Source: Chrysomallon squamiferum | Taxonomy: Eukaryota; Animalia; Mollusca | NCBI GenBank assembly: GCA_012295275.1 | Contig: CM022672.1 | Location: 16,430,001 to 16,494,000 of the forward strand | Length of the DNA: 64,000 nucleotides | Direction: 5' to 3' | Part shown: positions 25,667 to 41,891 of the stretch, one piece after another | How the letters are laid out: each line of letters starts with the position of its first letter | Numbering within the stretch: the first letter of the stretch is position 1 | Translations under genes and position numbers: made by a program | Notes under the pieces: generated by a model | Told to the model about the DNA's origin: nothing | The model's input: the letters and a program-made list of their open reading frames with translations, nothing else | Databases searched by the model: none

Positions 25667-28600
25667 GTAAGTCTTGCATGTATTATGGTTCAAAAGCTCA
25701 ACTTGTATATCAGCATATTTACTTCTTGTCTGTATTTATAAATGGAAGTCATTAGCTGTAAGGGCACAACCATTTTTTATTATTATTATTTTATTATTTT
25801 CAGTTTATCTTCCATCTTTTGTAAAATTAAATTGATATGATTTCACACATTTAACTGTTTTTATTCTTGAAAAATTTACTATCCCTCATGTAAAATCCAT
25901 AATATTTTTTTAGTGGTTAGCACTTAAATTGTTTCAGACCGAATACATTATTGTTTGTTTGTATAACAAAATACTGATTATGGTTTTAACCATTAATTTA
26001 ATAGGCTTTAGTAAATTTTCAATGGTACTTGTATCATATATAAACATATTAATGGTTGATACATTATTACTAATTCTTCGTACAAACCTGTATAGTTTGT
26101 GTACTCACATACTATCAGAATTTGTTAGTACAGCAGAGGTAATTCTTAATTATACATTTTTCTGGAATACTTTGGGGAGCAAAACAGCTCCATTTTCCAG
26201 GATGTTTGTAAGAATGTTATTAATGTTTTAGGGTATCAGTGAGTTAAATTAACAGAAGTACTATTTCTCTGGATTTGCTTCATAAAAAAATTGAAAGAAC
26301 GAAGAAAAAAAATCTTTGTACCTGTTGTTATCTTTAAAGAAAAACACATACAGTTTTCTTTAAAGAAATGAAATAAAGATAATCATAATATTTATTTATC
26401 AATAGCAACAAATTAATTGTTAAATTTAATTACCACCATTTTTGGAAATGCACATCATATTGAAACATCTTGAATAAAGACCATGAACTAAATGTGGTGG
26501 GGGAGAAAAGTTAATGAGCTAAACATTGATTTTTGTCATGATGGTAATAATGGTGACTCATGGACTAGCAATTTTCTATTCCGAAAAAGAAATATTCTCT
26601 GTTGAGAATGACAACACAATTCATCTGAATTTAATGAATAACTGCATTAGCTAATCACTAGTCCTGTGAGGTCTTGAGTTTTCTGCATTGACAGAACACC
26701 TCTTTGACACTGGTTCCAGTTCATATTGATCACTGTACTGGAAATGGAACTATATTGATTTTCATGTTATTTTCTTCAAAGGGTGTTGTCTGCAGCAGTG
26801 TGATTTATTCCATGAGGAATGATTAAAGCAAGACGTGAAAGACAATTCTGTGAATAACTATTTACTATTTTATTATTTGCTGTTAGAAAATGATTTAATA
26901 TATATATATATAAACATGTGTAATCTTCAACAAAATAATGGCCAGCAGTTATAAGAAATTAATTGCTATATAATTAAAATGTTCTTTTGAAGCATATTAT
27001 TTTCAAATGTTGATTTTATGTTATATTTGTTCAAGATAGAAATATTGATGTGAATATTATTGGGTTTTTGTTTGTTTTTTAAATTGCTAGGTTTTATTCA
27101 ATTTGCCAGTAGTTTTGCTAGAACTGTAATGTCTGGCCATTTTCAACATGTTTTTTCTCTTACCATAATAACTATATTTATTTTTTATTCCATACTGTTT
27201 TGTTTATTTTTTTAAAACAATTTACTTTTTCAGGTTATAAAGTTGGACACATCCTATTAGTGTTACTGCTTGTGTAAACTAAACAAGTTTTTTTTTTAAA
27301 TTGTGATACTGTCTCTAATAAATATACAGTATACATAATTATATGGTCAGTTAAATGCAGTACTAATGTTATTGTTTTGTTTTACTAATGAGCTGACCTA
27401 TTAGTGTGAAAAAGAGAGCCATAAAGACATCTAATCTTTTTTAAAATAATTAAAGTTTTGAGTAACATTTTACCAAATTTAATTAATTATTACATTGGTT
27501 CTCATTTAATTACAATTTCTGGGTGTTTGCTTTTTTAAAAAAAAATTTAAGTTTTTAAAATCAATATATAATTATATATTTTTTAGTGAAATGTGTGTTC
27601 ATTCGTTTTGTTAGTATAGAATTATTTAAATGTATAATTGTTTTCATCTAGTTATAAATTTAATTCAGAAGAAACCCTATCTTTGTATGAAATAATTTTA
27701 ATGTATTAATAATAATAATAATAATTTTTAACTTAATTAAAATCAGTACTTATTTCCTTGTTGCTGATTTTAACTGTCAGGTGAATCTAAGGATAATCAA
27801 TTTGAATTAACTTTTTTCCTGTAAGCTAGTCTTTATTTCCTTTTGTATGTAGCAAACATGCCATTTTTACTAACAAAACTTCTACATGATAGGTTTGAAT
27901 ATGTATAAGAATAAAATTCAACTTAATTTTATGAAGAAAGCTAATTTTTTTAATAAATTACTCAAATAAATATTTAAAATGAGTTCAGATTAATTCCATT
28001 CTAACATATTTAAATTTATTAGGTAACAAAGATTGTTAAGTATGTAAATGTGTTCTGTCCTTGTTGTTGTTGTTTTGTTTTATTAACCATCTGAGAGGTT
28101 AGACACTGAAAGTAGGCCAAATGAACATTAGTGCTTCCAGGCAGAAACCTGATTGATGAGAAGTTCCCTGTGTTGTGATTTCTGTCATTTATAGCCTGCA
28201 GTTTTTATACACAGGGACCAACTCAAAATATTTAAAAATGAGCCAAAACAATGCCAACAATTGTTTTATGACTAAATGAATCGGAGACTAAGTGAATATG
28301 AATTAAAATTCCATCCTAAGCATTGTATCCTGTTCTTTTTTCTTCTTCAAAGAATGCACATAATTATGTTTTTGCTTCTGTGTTTGAATTAAGTAACACA
28401 ATTTTGAACTACCTAGAAATGATTTAGTTAAATTATTAAGTTAACATTAATCTTAATGTTCATTATAATTTTTCTTGAAGAAGCTGTATATCTATTTAAA
28501 AATTAAAAATAGGCCAAGGAATAAATGAAAATTGTATGTGTGCAAAAATACAGCAAAAGAAAACTGAATGAAATGATGCTGGAATCATGGAAATATTAAC

Positions 28601-29718
28601 AAATAAAAGTTGTTATCTAAAATTCTGAGATTTAGTGGTAGTATCTAAAAATACAATTATCATAGCAAATTTTACTATACAGACAACAGAATCTGAACTT
28701 CTGAAACACTAGCTTTTTATGCAACTTGTATATCATGTAGCCGTTACATGAATAAAAGTAACATAAATATGCAAAGAAATAAAATTCATACATTGCATAT
28801 ATATATTACTGTAAAAAAAAACATTTACTGACATCAATTAACAATGACAGTACAGTTGTATCTTACTTGTTTTTAAGTTTGATCAAGCAGAGTTGTCTAC
28901 CTTCATTTATGAATGGTTTTAAGTGGTAAGCATTTGAGTGTTGTAGTTTAAATTATAATAACCAGTTAAGAAATTTAATCTGAATAAATTAAAAATATTT
29001 TGATAACCATTAATATTTCCATTTCAGAGCCACACCAACCAAACAGTCGACTCATTTTTGCATTTATCTATATTCAATTCATTATCAGCTAACATTAAAT
29101 TAACTAGGATACTAAAGTCAGAAAAGATGAGTTACTGCAGTGTTGTTATATCTGGAGAATTAGCATTGCAAAGGGTTATCATAGTTAAGAGAACTATGGT
29201 GTTATATCCTATGAATAGTTCACATCAGTATAAATTATATTTTCTTATTGAACATATTTGCAATTGTTGTCATGACAGAGTTAGATTAGAAATTTGTTGT
29301 TTTAATGATTTATTTCCATATGAAAACTATTTTCAGCTTAATATTCAAAATCCATATTGTTTATTATTGGGTTTTTTTCTTCATTTGAATTATTTATTTG
29401 TAGTCATCTTAAATTTAATACAAATAGTCATGAACAACATTGTGTAGAAATTTATCATAATTTATATTAACATAGAGAACTTAAAATAATGAACAGGTAT
29501 AGGCCTTAGATATAAAATAGCTGTTGATTGGTAGATTCATAAACTGTATATATTACTGAAGATATATATTATTCTGTGCACCATTTCAGAATGAACCAGT
29601 TCTCTTTATTTTTATTTTGCTATAATGTATTACTTTTTTCTTTATTTTTTTTTCTTTGTCATTAATTTATTTTATATATCTTTTTATTATTATTATTATT
29701 ATTTTTTTTAAATTACAG

Positions 29719-29835
29719 GTTTTCAAGCCTATTGTTGATAAGGTTGGGTTATCTCATACAAAAAAGAAACCTGTTGAATTTCTGCTAGATAGAGATTTGA
29801 GTCTTGTGGATGATAAAGAGCTGTCATATTATCAG
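29719..29835 (+). CDS. JMJD1C: JMJD1C exon 3 (VFKPIVDKVGLSHTKKKPVEFLLDRDLSLVDDKELSYYQ)
   Basis: Matches TFKPLV....VEFLVD..L...YQ; ttacag / gtaaat; 117 nt. Confidence 0.93.
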
Positions 29836-32755
29836 GTAAATATGTTTTAATTTATTGATGAAAACCTATATCAAGGTGTCCATATTTAATAAGAAAAATT
29901 AATTTTCCCTTTTTGTATTGCGAATGAAAAACATTTATCGGAGGGAAGAGTGTTAGTAGTGTTGTAGAATTATTGTATTCAAGAACTTCAATCTATAATA
30001 ATAGTTATCTCGTGAGTAATTGAACTGTGTTGGTCTTTACAAATATACTTTGCTGCCTGGAGGCAGGACAAATATTTTGTTAGTGCTGGAAGCCCATTTG
30101 AGGCCAGGTTGAATGATCTGAACGTGTGAATAGTTTGACTTCTAAAAATCTGGTATCTTCCCAGAAAAGTACTTGCTTCTGGCCAGTAGCTAACTTTATA
30201 ATCAATATATTTATGGTGATGTGTTGAATAATAAAAAAATGTAATCAGAAAAGCCAGGGTTAGAAAAAGATATGACCGTGTAAAAAATGTGTATTAATGG
30301 AAAAATTATACAAGTGTAGATTTATACCTAGACCTTAATACACAGATTTTTATCACAGATTAAAAATAAAAATAAAGTAATTTAAACTTGCCTTGAAAGG
30401 TCTAAACCTTTCAGATGATACATGTTATAAAACAGATTTTTTTTTTAATTTTTTTTTTATGCAACCATTTTTATTTTTCTGTCCTTAAAGCCAACTTACA
30501 GTTTGATGAAACCTTATTTAAAATGCTTGAGACAGACAGATTTCACAGTTCAGATATTCAGATTTTAAAATATAAAAGATGTGACCAGAGAATGGGAACA
30601 CAAATTCCATTTTATATTTCATTACATCTTACAGAGATACTCTAGAATTTATTATATAATATTTTAAATAATTTTTTTCATGAAATATAATTTATGTATG
30701 CTAAACCATCAGGAAACTGAAAGATGGACAAGGGATCCTTATCCCATATTTGCTGACATTGTTTTGGCATCAGTCTCAAAATTTAACATTTGTTGTTATA
30801 CCTGCTATTTTTAAAATGTAATTAATACATCCAGTATCTGTCATTTTCATATGTCACTAGTTTTAATCAAAACAATTATTTTGAATTTCAAATACATTTC
30901 CAAACATATTTTCTTTGTAAATTTTTGTGCTTGTGAGGCAGTTTTATTATTGTTTAGGCAATAGATTTAAAAATATATATATATATTTTACGTGTGTGTG
31001 TGTGTGTATATGGGCAGGAGAGTTCTAGTTTAATTTGTATATTATTAATAACTCATGCTACTGATTGGCTTGGATTGCTTCTCTACTTTTTATTTTTATT
31101 TAATTATTACTTTTTTCCCTTTTTAAGCATTTGTTTGTTGTTTTTTAATTAAGAAGAAAAGGGGGATTTATGATTTTCTCTGCAAAGTTTATAAAGATAT
31201 GTAAATAACTTGAACAGCAATAACAAAATTTAAGCTGTCACCCAAATTGTAATACTCATAAGATTTGTAGCTTCAGATAATTGATTCTCTCTCTATCTTT
31301 GTGGTGAATAGTCATGCTGAATAATGGTAAATCTATGTTAAGTCAATAAGGACACTGTCATAGGTCAGAAGATGGGGACAAAACTTGAAGAATTGGGATG
31401 GTTATCTAAATAGATATGCTGGACAGGTCTTGTTGCTTTTTCTACAGCCTTTATTCAGTTGTGGTTAATAATTTCTTAGAACATTTTAATTAGTACATTT
31501 GATATTTGAAGTTGATAATGGATTGGGTTAAAAATTGCTAGATATAATTTCAACTATAAGCTACCTAAATACTAATAATAATAATTTATATACAAATTAA
31601 AATTATAAATAAGTAACACTGCTATTTTATTCATATGAAAATTCCAAAATGTAAATGCTTTTTACATACAGTATTTTGTTAAGAAAATAATGAATTGAAA
31701 CCAGTGTAAATAAAAAGAGCAGAGAAAATTTTGCATGGGAACAACAGTTAGGTGTATAGTGGCTGTCATTTAATATTTGCTTTTGTGAGCTAATATTACA
31801 AAATTGACAAACCAGAATATGACTAAGCTGCCTATGTTTTTCCAGCTCTTGACAGCTACTGGCTTTATGCCAAACAGAGGTGTCATGTTCCCATTAAAAC
31901 AGGTTACCTGAGGTCTAAATGGAAGGCAAAAATAGCCACATGTCTGTCTAGGGTTATGTATATAATTATGCAAAACCTGTGACAAACATGTTACACTGAT
32001 TATATTTCATTTAATGTAGGTATATAGATTTTTATTGTTTCAGTCAAAATTTTATAGACAAAAGTTATTTATGAACAGGTTTGGGTTTGTTTTTATTTTT
32101 TGGAGAGTTCAGGTGGGTGTAGGTTGAGGTTTGGGCCAGATTTATTTGTTTTCAAACAAGTTATAAGAATGGAAAAAGAATGTTAAATTAAATATTTCTT
32201 CCAACAAGATTTTAGCTAATGTATTATCATATTGTTTGGCTGCATAAATCATTCATTTTAAAACATAGTTTTTGTGTTTACATTAAATGTGTGCTGAAGT
32301 TTGAATGCATTAAAAATAGTAACTAACAAAAACAATAAAAAAAGAACAGCATTTGATAGCAACAGATCATTGTAATTTGTTTATTCATTTGAGTTTATCA
32401 GTACTATTACTATTTATTAATATTGTATGATAAGAATTACTTTATAATGTACAGATGTTTTTCTTCAGTTGTAAATATTCAAAAATAGAGTTACTTTGTC
32501 TTTCTTTTATTCTTTTATTTTTACTTATTTATTTTTTACTGTTTTAGAAGGGAGTTTATGAAACAAACTACTTGGAGCAAGTAATTACAAGTGGATTTAT
32601 TTCTTTAAATTTTAGCATATTTAAGTTAAAAAACACCCCAGAGTGGAGGTACATAATAAAGATAGATATGAGTTTATAAAACATTGAGTTTTTCACATTG
32701 GTATAGTGTAACAGTTAACAAAAGTATACTGAACAATGCACTTTTTAAACTTCAG

Positions 32756-32962
32756 GAAGGAGAAGAAAATACACGTGAATCTGCACTCCAGCATCCTGAT
32801 GTGCGCAGTGCTGTGAAGGCTTGGGTAGACTATCAGGATGGACAAAAGATATTACTAACTACCCCAACAGTCCTTGTCGGTTATCGGGTGGAAGTATATC
32901 GAGCTGAAGGTACAACCCAGTGGTATACAGCTGTTATCCATTCTTATAATCACAGTACTAAA
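32756..32962 (+). CDS. JMJD1C: JMJD1C exon 4 (EGEEN...VKAWVDYQDGQKILLTTPTVLVGYRVEVYRAEGTTQWYTAVIHSYNHSTK)
   Basis: Matches the KDM3B/JMJD1C N-terminal Tudor-like region GYRV.VYR....TQW.T..I; ttcag / gtaagt; 207 nt. Confidence 0.95.
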
Positions 32963-33689
32963 GTAAGTTTACTTTAATGTATTATAGTGAAAAAATTAGA
33001 AAAGATATTTCTTAATATTTTTTTCCACATTTATATTCTGCATTTAATGTATCATTTCTTTTTCTTGGATTTGTATCACAGATTGACCTTGTGTTTTAGA
33101 TCAGTCAAAAAAAATGTGTTGTCTTCATTGTTAGTCACACAAAACTGTTATCTTCAATTCCTTTATTATCAGCCACAGTATGTCTGTTCCCATACAGATA
33201 TTGAGATAACTCATCTGATACATCATATCTGTGTACTCATTGCAAATACCTGTAGATAACTCTTAATTTCTAATCAGATACAATTTTCTACATATTTGAA
33301 CTGTTTGATATAAAATGTTAAAGTTATGGTGTGGTGCAAATTGTGTATGTTATGCACCTTTCTGATGAACCAAAATAATAACAAAATATAAATTAATTAA
33401 ATTTACTTAATTTTGTGTTTAATATGAAGATTTATGTTAGTAATGGAAGCAGTAATATTTGTTTAATCTCACTGAAGTATTATGTGATTTGCTTTTGTTT
33501 AATTACTATTACGTAACTTACTATCTCATCTGCTGTGAACAGGTAACACATTTTTATGTCTGATTTACCTAGCTACTAACATGTTCACATTTGATCAGTA
33601 AATATGGATTTTTTTTTTTTTTTTTTCTATATCTCATTTAGTCTAAAATGCACCTTCAGACTAGTCAGAACTTTTTATGATTAACTTGT

Positions 33690-33720
<31 letters not shown>

Positions 33721-36700
33721 TTGTTTTGTTTTCATTTACAGCATAACAAAGAATTTTAAATATCTAATTTTAAAACAAAACTAATAAAAAAATGAGCTAT
33801 AACCTAATTTACAGTAAAATTTAAGTGCCTTTTTTAAACTTTTTTTTATTTTATTCTTTTTCTTCAACTGAATGTGTGTTAAAAGTATTCTGGTCTCTTT
33901 ATGCTTTATTAACATTCATAAACAATAAATAAATGTCAAGTGAAGAAGAATGTTGGTACAAAAACACTGAAAAGGAAGTGACACTTGCACTTAGTTAAGG
34001 AATTATTAGTTCTGTCTCAGTTGGCTCTCCAGCTTGTTGATGGGAAAAAATGAAAATTGTGTTAGAAAGTAATCAATACTGAAGCCAGCAGTATGGATTT
34101 GCAACCCATCAAGCTGATTTGCTGCCAAACTAATTTATGGAAAATGATTTGCAGCCAAAGTAATTTATTGAAAATGATGAGCAGTACACTTATATTGATA
34201 CAGTTATGCATCATTCACCCAAAGTACATTCCTGCATTGATAGTTTTCTAATGTTACTTTTTCTACCAAAACTGTTCCACAAATAACCAGTGTTCAAAAG
34301 CAATCTATATTTCTTCTTCTTTTTTAATTTTCTTTTTTTAAACTTGATGGCTTTATAATGTTAGAAACATATTAGGCCATTTTTTTATTGTTGTTATCCA
34401 ATAAACTTTTTCCTTTCTGTTCATCTGATTCATTCTTTTATTTGAAAACATTTTTGTCTTTTTTGATTGTTCAGAAACCTGACATAAAAAGCTGCTTAAG
34501 AATATTTATTAACAAATAACATTACTTATTTATTTTTATATTTATTTTATTTTATTTTATTTTATTTATTTATTTATTTTTGTATTATTATTTATTTGCA
34601 ACTCAGCAAAAAGACAAATAATTTTAAAAACAAAATAAAATAAAATGCTGCAAACATAAAAATACTAAAAATAGATAAACTGTATTGACTATTAGTGTAG
34701 TCTTGTTTTTAAATCAGTAAAATTCTGTCTGTCTAGGCTGGTGTACTGTGTTGTCATATTTTTCATCAAACTGTCATGTGCTGTTGAATGTGTGAATCAT
34801 ACTCACATCTAGGTAAGACTAGTAGATTGACACTGAACATACACATTCACAGGGGGAGGAACCCAGAAACAAGGGCAATATTTTATATGATGACCTCTTG
34901 TGTTGCTATGTATAGCTAACAACAACCATCCTGTTTTAGACAAGAATATAGCAACTCCAATATAATAGGTCATTTAAACTTCAAGCTGTTTTCCTTTTGT
35001 TGTTTTCAAGTGCTATTTTTTAAATTACTTTGTTAATACAGCAACTTTGATAAAGAATATTTATTTGTGAACATTGACAGGGTCTGGATTCGTAGGTTAT
35101 ACCCCAATTTCTTGTTATTTCAAGTTCAAGGAAAAAGGCAGAATAGTTTAATTTATTGGACTAAATATTTTATTATTTTCTTTTTTGTTGTTGTTTCTCT
35201 TATGTTAACAAAAAAATACTGTGAGGTGCAGAATTTATAAATTTTATATATTTATTTATTTATTTATTTTTGTTAATTTATATTATTTAAGATATCTTCC
35301 CTTTTTTATAATCATTGTTTAAAGTAATCTAATTAGTAAGACTTATTATCTGTGATAATCATAAAAAAAAAATTATTTAAAGAAATGATTAATTTTATAT
35401 ATATACATATATATATATATCTTTTAATATCAATGTTTAAAATCTCCAGAGTCATTTAATAACATTTATAAATCTGTGGTAAATAAAAACAGAAAATAAG
35501 GTATCCAAAAAAACAAAAACAAACATTTAAAAATACAGTAAATAAAGAGATAGAGAGAAACGAACAGAATACTACAGTTCTTAAAAAAAACTAAAAACCA
35601 ATAGACTTTTCATGTTTTCTACCACTTAGGTAAACAAAGGCCAAGATAATTCACTAAATAAAATCCACAAAGTTGATGTTGAATACTAGATAAATAACAT
35701 TTCTTGGTTGATATCACTTATGGTGGAAGGATAGTTTGTTTGAGAAAATGCAGTATGTAAACCAATATCTTGTTACATGTTATACAAAGTTCAACAGTGA
35801 CAGGTAGAATAAAAGATAAAAGGTCATAGCAAAGTTAACTTGAAGTTTTTGTATCCATGTAACTGTAGGTTACTTTAATGTTGACAGTATATCACTGTGT
35901 GCTATAATGTCTATAGTGCTTTTTCTATCTCTATATTAGCTTTTAAATTACTACTATTATTATTATTACTTTAAAATGTGTTTGTGCGAAATAAGCATCT
36001 TTTGTTGAAAAATGTTTATCAAGTGGGAATCAAACACTCACAATAATCATTTAATCCAAGTTACAACTGTGAAAGCTACAGAGTGTGAAGTATATAATGA
36101 GTTGCTAAATTTGTTTTATTTCCTTCCCTCTGCTGTGCAATATGTAGTTTCTTACACACTATCCTTTTGAATAATTCTCATCACAGTTGCATGAGGTGAT
36201 CAATAAAAGTGATGTCAGAGTCAGTGAGCAAGTAATACTTGCATGGAAGTGGAAGGGCAATCAGACTAGCCTGCTTTTCAGTTCCATTATGATGACTATT
36301 GATCAGTGTGTTCAGAGCTCACGTGGCTATAGCAAATATTGAACCAGACTCAAGATTGCATTTGTCAAATCTTTCTCCTTTCCTTTCAAAATGTGTCAAT
36401 AGTAAAGGGAGTGTGTCTGTTAAACATTGTGGCTTTTAGCCAGGCAGACTGCAAAATAGAAGACATGTCCTTGAGAACAGCATTTTCCAGACTTTAGTGC
36501 ACTAGCATTTTGAGTATGTATGTTTGTATTTTTTTTTTCAGACATTTTCGGAATATATTTTTATTATTTAATTATGAAAAGGATAAAAAAAATTTTAGAA
36601 TTTTTTTAGATTTAATTGTATTATCAATTGGTTTTGGGAATTTAGTATTTTTGATTTTATTTATTCATTTTTATTATTTGTTTTTTTCTTTTTGAAAATA

Positions 36701-39700
36701 AATAAAAACACACAAGTTAAATGTCAACTAAATTAAATTCACTGATGATGCAACTTAAATAACTGACTGTAATTTAATGTACCAAAATCTTTTTTTTCTT
36801 CTTTTTTTTTAGTTTATATAATATTTGGACTGTTTTGGGGATACTGACACATGTTACATGTGTCCTTTGTTAGAATGACTGATTATTTAAGTTTTACTAG
36901 TTCTTTGTTTCTTTTGTTTTAGGTAAACAATATATATATATATATATATATAGTTTATAATATATTATTTTTATATCTTCTATTCTTTGCAGAAAAATAA
37001 TTTTTAATGTGTTACTATTTCATTAATATTTTCCATCTTGTATTTTTCTTTTCTTTTCATTATATTTTTAATTTTAATAACTAAGACAATTTGTAAAATT
37101 TGTATTCATTCTTTCTGTAATACATATATATATATAGATAGATAGATAGATAGATATAATTTTATATATATATAAAATTAATAATATTAAAAGTTAAAGG
37201 GATAATATTTCAGTGAATATTCACATATGTTTTTAGCATTTCAGTTTAATGAAAATATTCACAAAAATGTCACATCATAAAACATGATAGTCTGATTATA
37301 AATTCAAAACACAAATTTAATCAATCTATCCAAAATAATAATCATAAATTAATTACATTTAAAACTTTGCATGTTTATAATAATGATTATTAAAAATATT
37401 TTATCATGCAATAAATTATCTCAGTATGTGTATTAAATTACTGTTTTGATTTTCCTTTACCATTATATTTCCACTACTACATAAATATAGTAATTTAGTT
37501 AGCTGCTCAAACAGTACAGTTTAATGTCAAACGAGTGTTTAAACTGATGAATAACATTATTTATTTTTGAATATTTAAATGCTCATTCAAATAAAAAGAA
37601 TATATTTTGGACGTTAATTTCTACAAAACAATTACATCATCATTCGATTTAATGACCTGTGTGTCTGGTGACTGTTTTAATGACCTGTCAAAGCCAAGCT
37701 ATTTCGTAATGTCTCGGCATTTAAATGAAATACTTGAATCCTTGATTGAAATCATAATACTGTCAACAAGTTTAGTTACATGATATACAGAATATTTAAA
37801 TGAATATTTTATTTTCATGTGTGTTGTTTTTAGCTGCTTTTTTTTTTTTTTTTTTTTTTTTTTGATTTAATATAATGGAACTGTTTAAAATCAATAAATA
37901 AATGATGTTCTATCTTCCATTTTATATTTTGAAATAATCAGTATACTAAATATTTTATAAAAGTACATAAAAACAAAATAATACTAAAATACTGATTAAT
38001 TTAATTTGTGATTTTCCTGTTTATTTTATCAAACAGCAGTTAATGAAACAAAGAATATAAAATACTTAACATAATGTTCACATTTTCTTAACACCATGGG
38101 TTAAATAGTTCATAGATAGTAGAAGTTTTTATCATAATACATTTGTTGACCTGAATTATTCTGAATCTGTCTACTTGCTTGTATAATAGTGTTATCCAGT
38201 GGGTGACCCATTTTTCATTTAGAAGTTTTAACCAGTTGCAGTTTAATATATATATCATGTATTAAGTGTTTTGTTTCTTTTCATTATTACTATTATATTT
38301 AAAAGTAGATTAAATTAAAATCTGATCTATATCTTTAAAAGTAATTGTGCAAGAATAAATGTTTTAATTAACTACTTCTGATATTGTATTTAATTTTTTA
38401 ATATATTGTTTTTAACTCCTGTTTAATTTAATATTTTTACATCTTTACAAAAAGAAGAAATCATAATTTTAACACAGAGTTTAAAAATACTTGGCAGAAA
38501 CCAGTAATTATGTTTTGTTGAAAGTATAGCAAGACCACCAGGTGTGACATCCTGTGGACTGTGAACCACTGATAGGACATACCATCATGTAATGTCACCA
38601 TTGTTGATGACCTTTTCCTACCCTGGTAAACACTCTACTCCCATCTGACCCTTGCCTCTATATCAGTAGTTGTATGTTACCAACAGACAAAGCGAGCTAT
38701 GTCTGAGGAAAGAGATTAAAGACATGACTGGGAGCATGACCTCTCAAACTGATTTACTGGTTTTCTGGAAAAACAAGAAGGGAAAAAAAAGAGAGACTTC
38801 TACAAAGAAAATAGGCCAGGCTTTTCCTGGCTGTTGCTAGGGGCCATCTCAAAAGATTTCTGAACAAACAAAACCTCTGTGCTTGTGTAATCTTTTTTCT
38901 TCATTTCCCCCAGAGTGGCCTGTGAATAGATTTATTATTAAACAGAGTTATTTTTAAAAATCATTAGTAAAAAGAACTGAAATGAGCAGATGTTTGTTTA
39001 TTTTATGAGGTTAATTATAAGTTTGTAAGATTTTTTTTTGATGTTACTGTTGAACCATATATTTGTTTTAATTTAAAGAAATATTTAAAAGAAGTTATTT
39101 ATATACCATTTACTTTTCAAATAAGCAGCAAAAATGCAGTCATATAAAAACTGCTTGTATTTACTTAACTAAAATTCATTATATTTAATTTATATTTGAA
39201 TGACTCTTGAAGTTCTTTTTCTTTTTTCTTTTTTGTATTTTACTTTTATAATTTGTGCCCACTGTTTTGGAACAAACAAGATCAATATTCATCTTTGTAC
39301 ACATGTATGATGGGTGTGTGTGAATTTAAATCAGACTAAATTTATTTCTCTGTTTATGATCTTGACAAAGAAGACGGCTTTTGTTACAGACAATTGCCTG
39401 TCTATGCATTATTCATGTTTCCTTGACTTGTTTATACCCAACATTAAAGCCATAAAATTATTCAGGCATGTCAAGTCAAAATAATAAATCTTCAGCTGCA
39501 TTAAATATGAATAGGTTGCACGATCTTAGTTCACGTTATGTGTCATGTTATGTGTCATGTTATGTTTTGTAATTTGGGTGTAGAGTTCAGTCTTAAACTT
39601 TAAAACAGAAAATGAATTTTGTCATGGAATGTGAAATACATGATTTGTAATTTAGTTTTCACACTTAGAATATCAGGCAATTAAATGTTACTGAACAAAA

Positions 39701-40869
39701 TTACTAGTCACAGTGTAATATATTATGTTTGTGTTCTTTATTTATAATAAAAGTAAATATAAAAAATATAATAATTTCATTAAAATAAACAGAACTGAAG
39801 AAAAACATATTTACAGAAAAAAAATAATGAATATTTTTACTCACACATGGAAAGTTTCCAAAAACATGACCTACATTTTATGTTGAAGTGTTGTTACAAT
39901 ATTACAACTTCTACAAATAGAAGTAAGATTACATAGTTCCAGTGCATATAGTAATATGTTCCAGATAAACCTTGACATTGTTTGTTATTTTCGAGGATCT
40001 CCTGACAGAGATTTTTCTTTTTTTGTTTGTTTGTTTTCCTTTCTCATTTCTAAAAGTCCGGGCTTCTAATATTTAGGCCTAGTTTACATAATAACCACAC
40101 ATTTATGTTCCAAATCAGATTTAATCATGGCTTTAATGGTACTCGGCCAACCAGTCTGAACTGGTTCTGGCTGGTTTGTAGCTGGAATAAGAAATGATTG
40201 ATCTAAATGTTAGTGGCAGTCTGTTGGATGCACACAGGAATCTAGATCTGTAATGCTTTCTCACATGATTGCTATGGATCTGTCACAGCTGTGAGTCAGG
40301 CAAAGTCTGTCAGTACACATCCAGATAATATTAATAATTTAACTCACCTAATCACCAAAAAATCCACTTGTTGAAATTTAACATTATGTAAAATTAAAAA
40401 AAAATAATAATAAAAAAAAAAAATCTGTTTACAATTTTAATACTGCTCTATACTAAAACAGTATACTGTGTGGTGTATTGATCAAGCCTTCATTTTTTTT
40501 GTTATAGATTTTTAATTTAAATCCATTTGTTTTCCAAATGTTAGTAATACATTCTTTAAAATAATAATGTAACAAAACCTATCCCAACATACATACACAT
40601 ATTGCAGACATTCAAAATTTTTTTTAAAAAATGTTGAAGTAATAAATAATAGTGGTTAACAACAACCAAATATTTGTGGCTTCTAATGTATATTTAATTT
40701 GCAGATGACAAAATATAGTTTAAAATTTAAGCTTGAACCTCCTGGTTTTGTTTCTTAGGTTAGTCATTGTTGGGTACCTTAATTGTACTTTAAATGTTAA
40801 AATAGACATGGGACAAATATGGAAAAATTTCAAATCAGACTTACGTAGATTGACCAATCCCAATTTTTC

Positions 40870-40902
<33 letters not shown>

Positions 40903-41806
40903 CTCTGTTTTTTAAGTAAGGTATATACAAAAATTTTGTTTATTAGAATATATTGTGAACATTATATAGTTTTAACACATGTTCCAATGACCTGGATTAA
41001 AAAGTCCTTAAAGTGTATTTATTGCACATTTAATGATTGATGAGTCATGAATAATAAAACACTTGATGTTTACCCAGTAGTTCATGGTGACATTCCCATG
41101 GTGTTTACAGTCAAAGGAATATATTTACTGGCTTTGCAGATACTATCATGACCTTTCTTTTCAAGGAACTTCATATAATTTCACTGGAGGTGGAGTAAAA
41201 ATGAAAGTTGACAAACACTTAAAAATAAATGTATATATGTATGTACGAACGTATCATTGTTTGTATATGGATAATTTCAGTTTACAGTTTTATTTATTAA
41301 TTATTAATATTACTGTTATTTTTATTCTTATTATTATTCTTATTACTACTACTATTACAACTGTTACTATTATGGTCTTTACAGATTATATATAAGTATG
41401 TTTTTAATTTGCTTTGGTTTTATTTAACAACACAAAGAATTTATTATCCAAATTGTTCAGACAAAACTGTATATAACTGTTTTTGAAATATTATCCGCAC
41501 CTGAAAAAAGTATTTTTTACATTTGAACACACACACACACACACATACATAAAATATACATGTGAACCTGTGTGTGTTTATCTACTTCATATTGATCATT
41601 GTTAATAAATGTTTATTATACATAATTGTTCTGGTATGAGTATATATGGCATATTGTTATTGTTCTGGATAAAGTGTACTGCTTAATACAGTATTCAGTA
41701 GTTTCTACATTGTCTTGTAATAGAAAGTAAATTGTTATAATTTTTTTTATTTAATTAAAAAAAAATCAGTTACATAATGAGTCATTTTATTTATTTATTA
41801 TTTCAG

Positions 41807-41891
41807 ACTTTAGCTGTTACTGATGACACTGTGCTTGAACACCACAATGAGGATCCAACACTCACTCAGATGCGATTGATTGATGATGGGG
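41807..41891 (+). CDS. JMJD1C: JMJD1C exon 5 (TLAVTDDTVLEHHNEDPTLTQMRLIDDG)
   Basis: Matches TMIVMNDQVLEPQNVDPSMVQMTFLDD; tttcag / gtaagt; 85 nt, phase 0->1; absent from the ORF track. Confidence 0.92.
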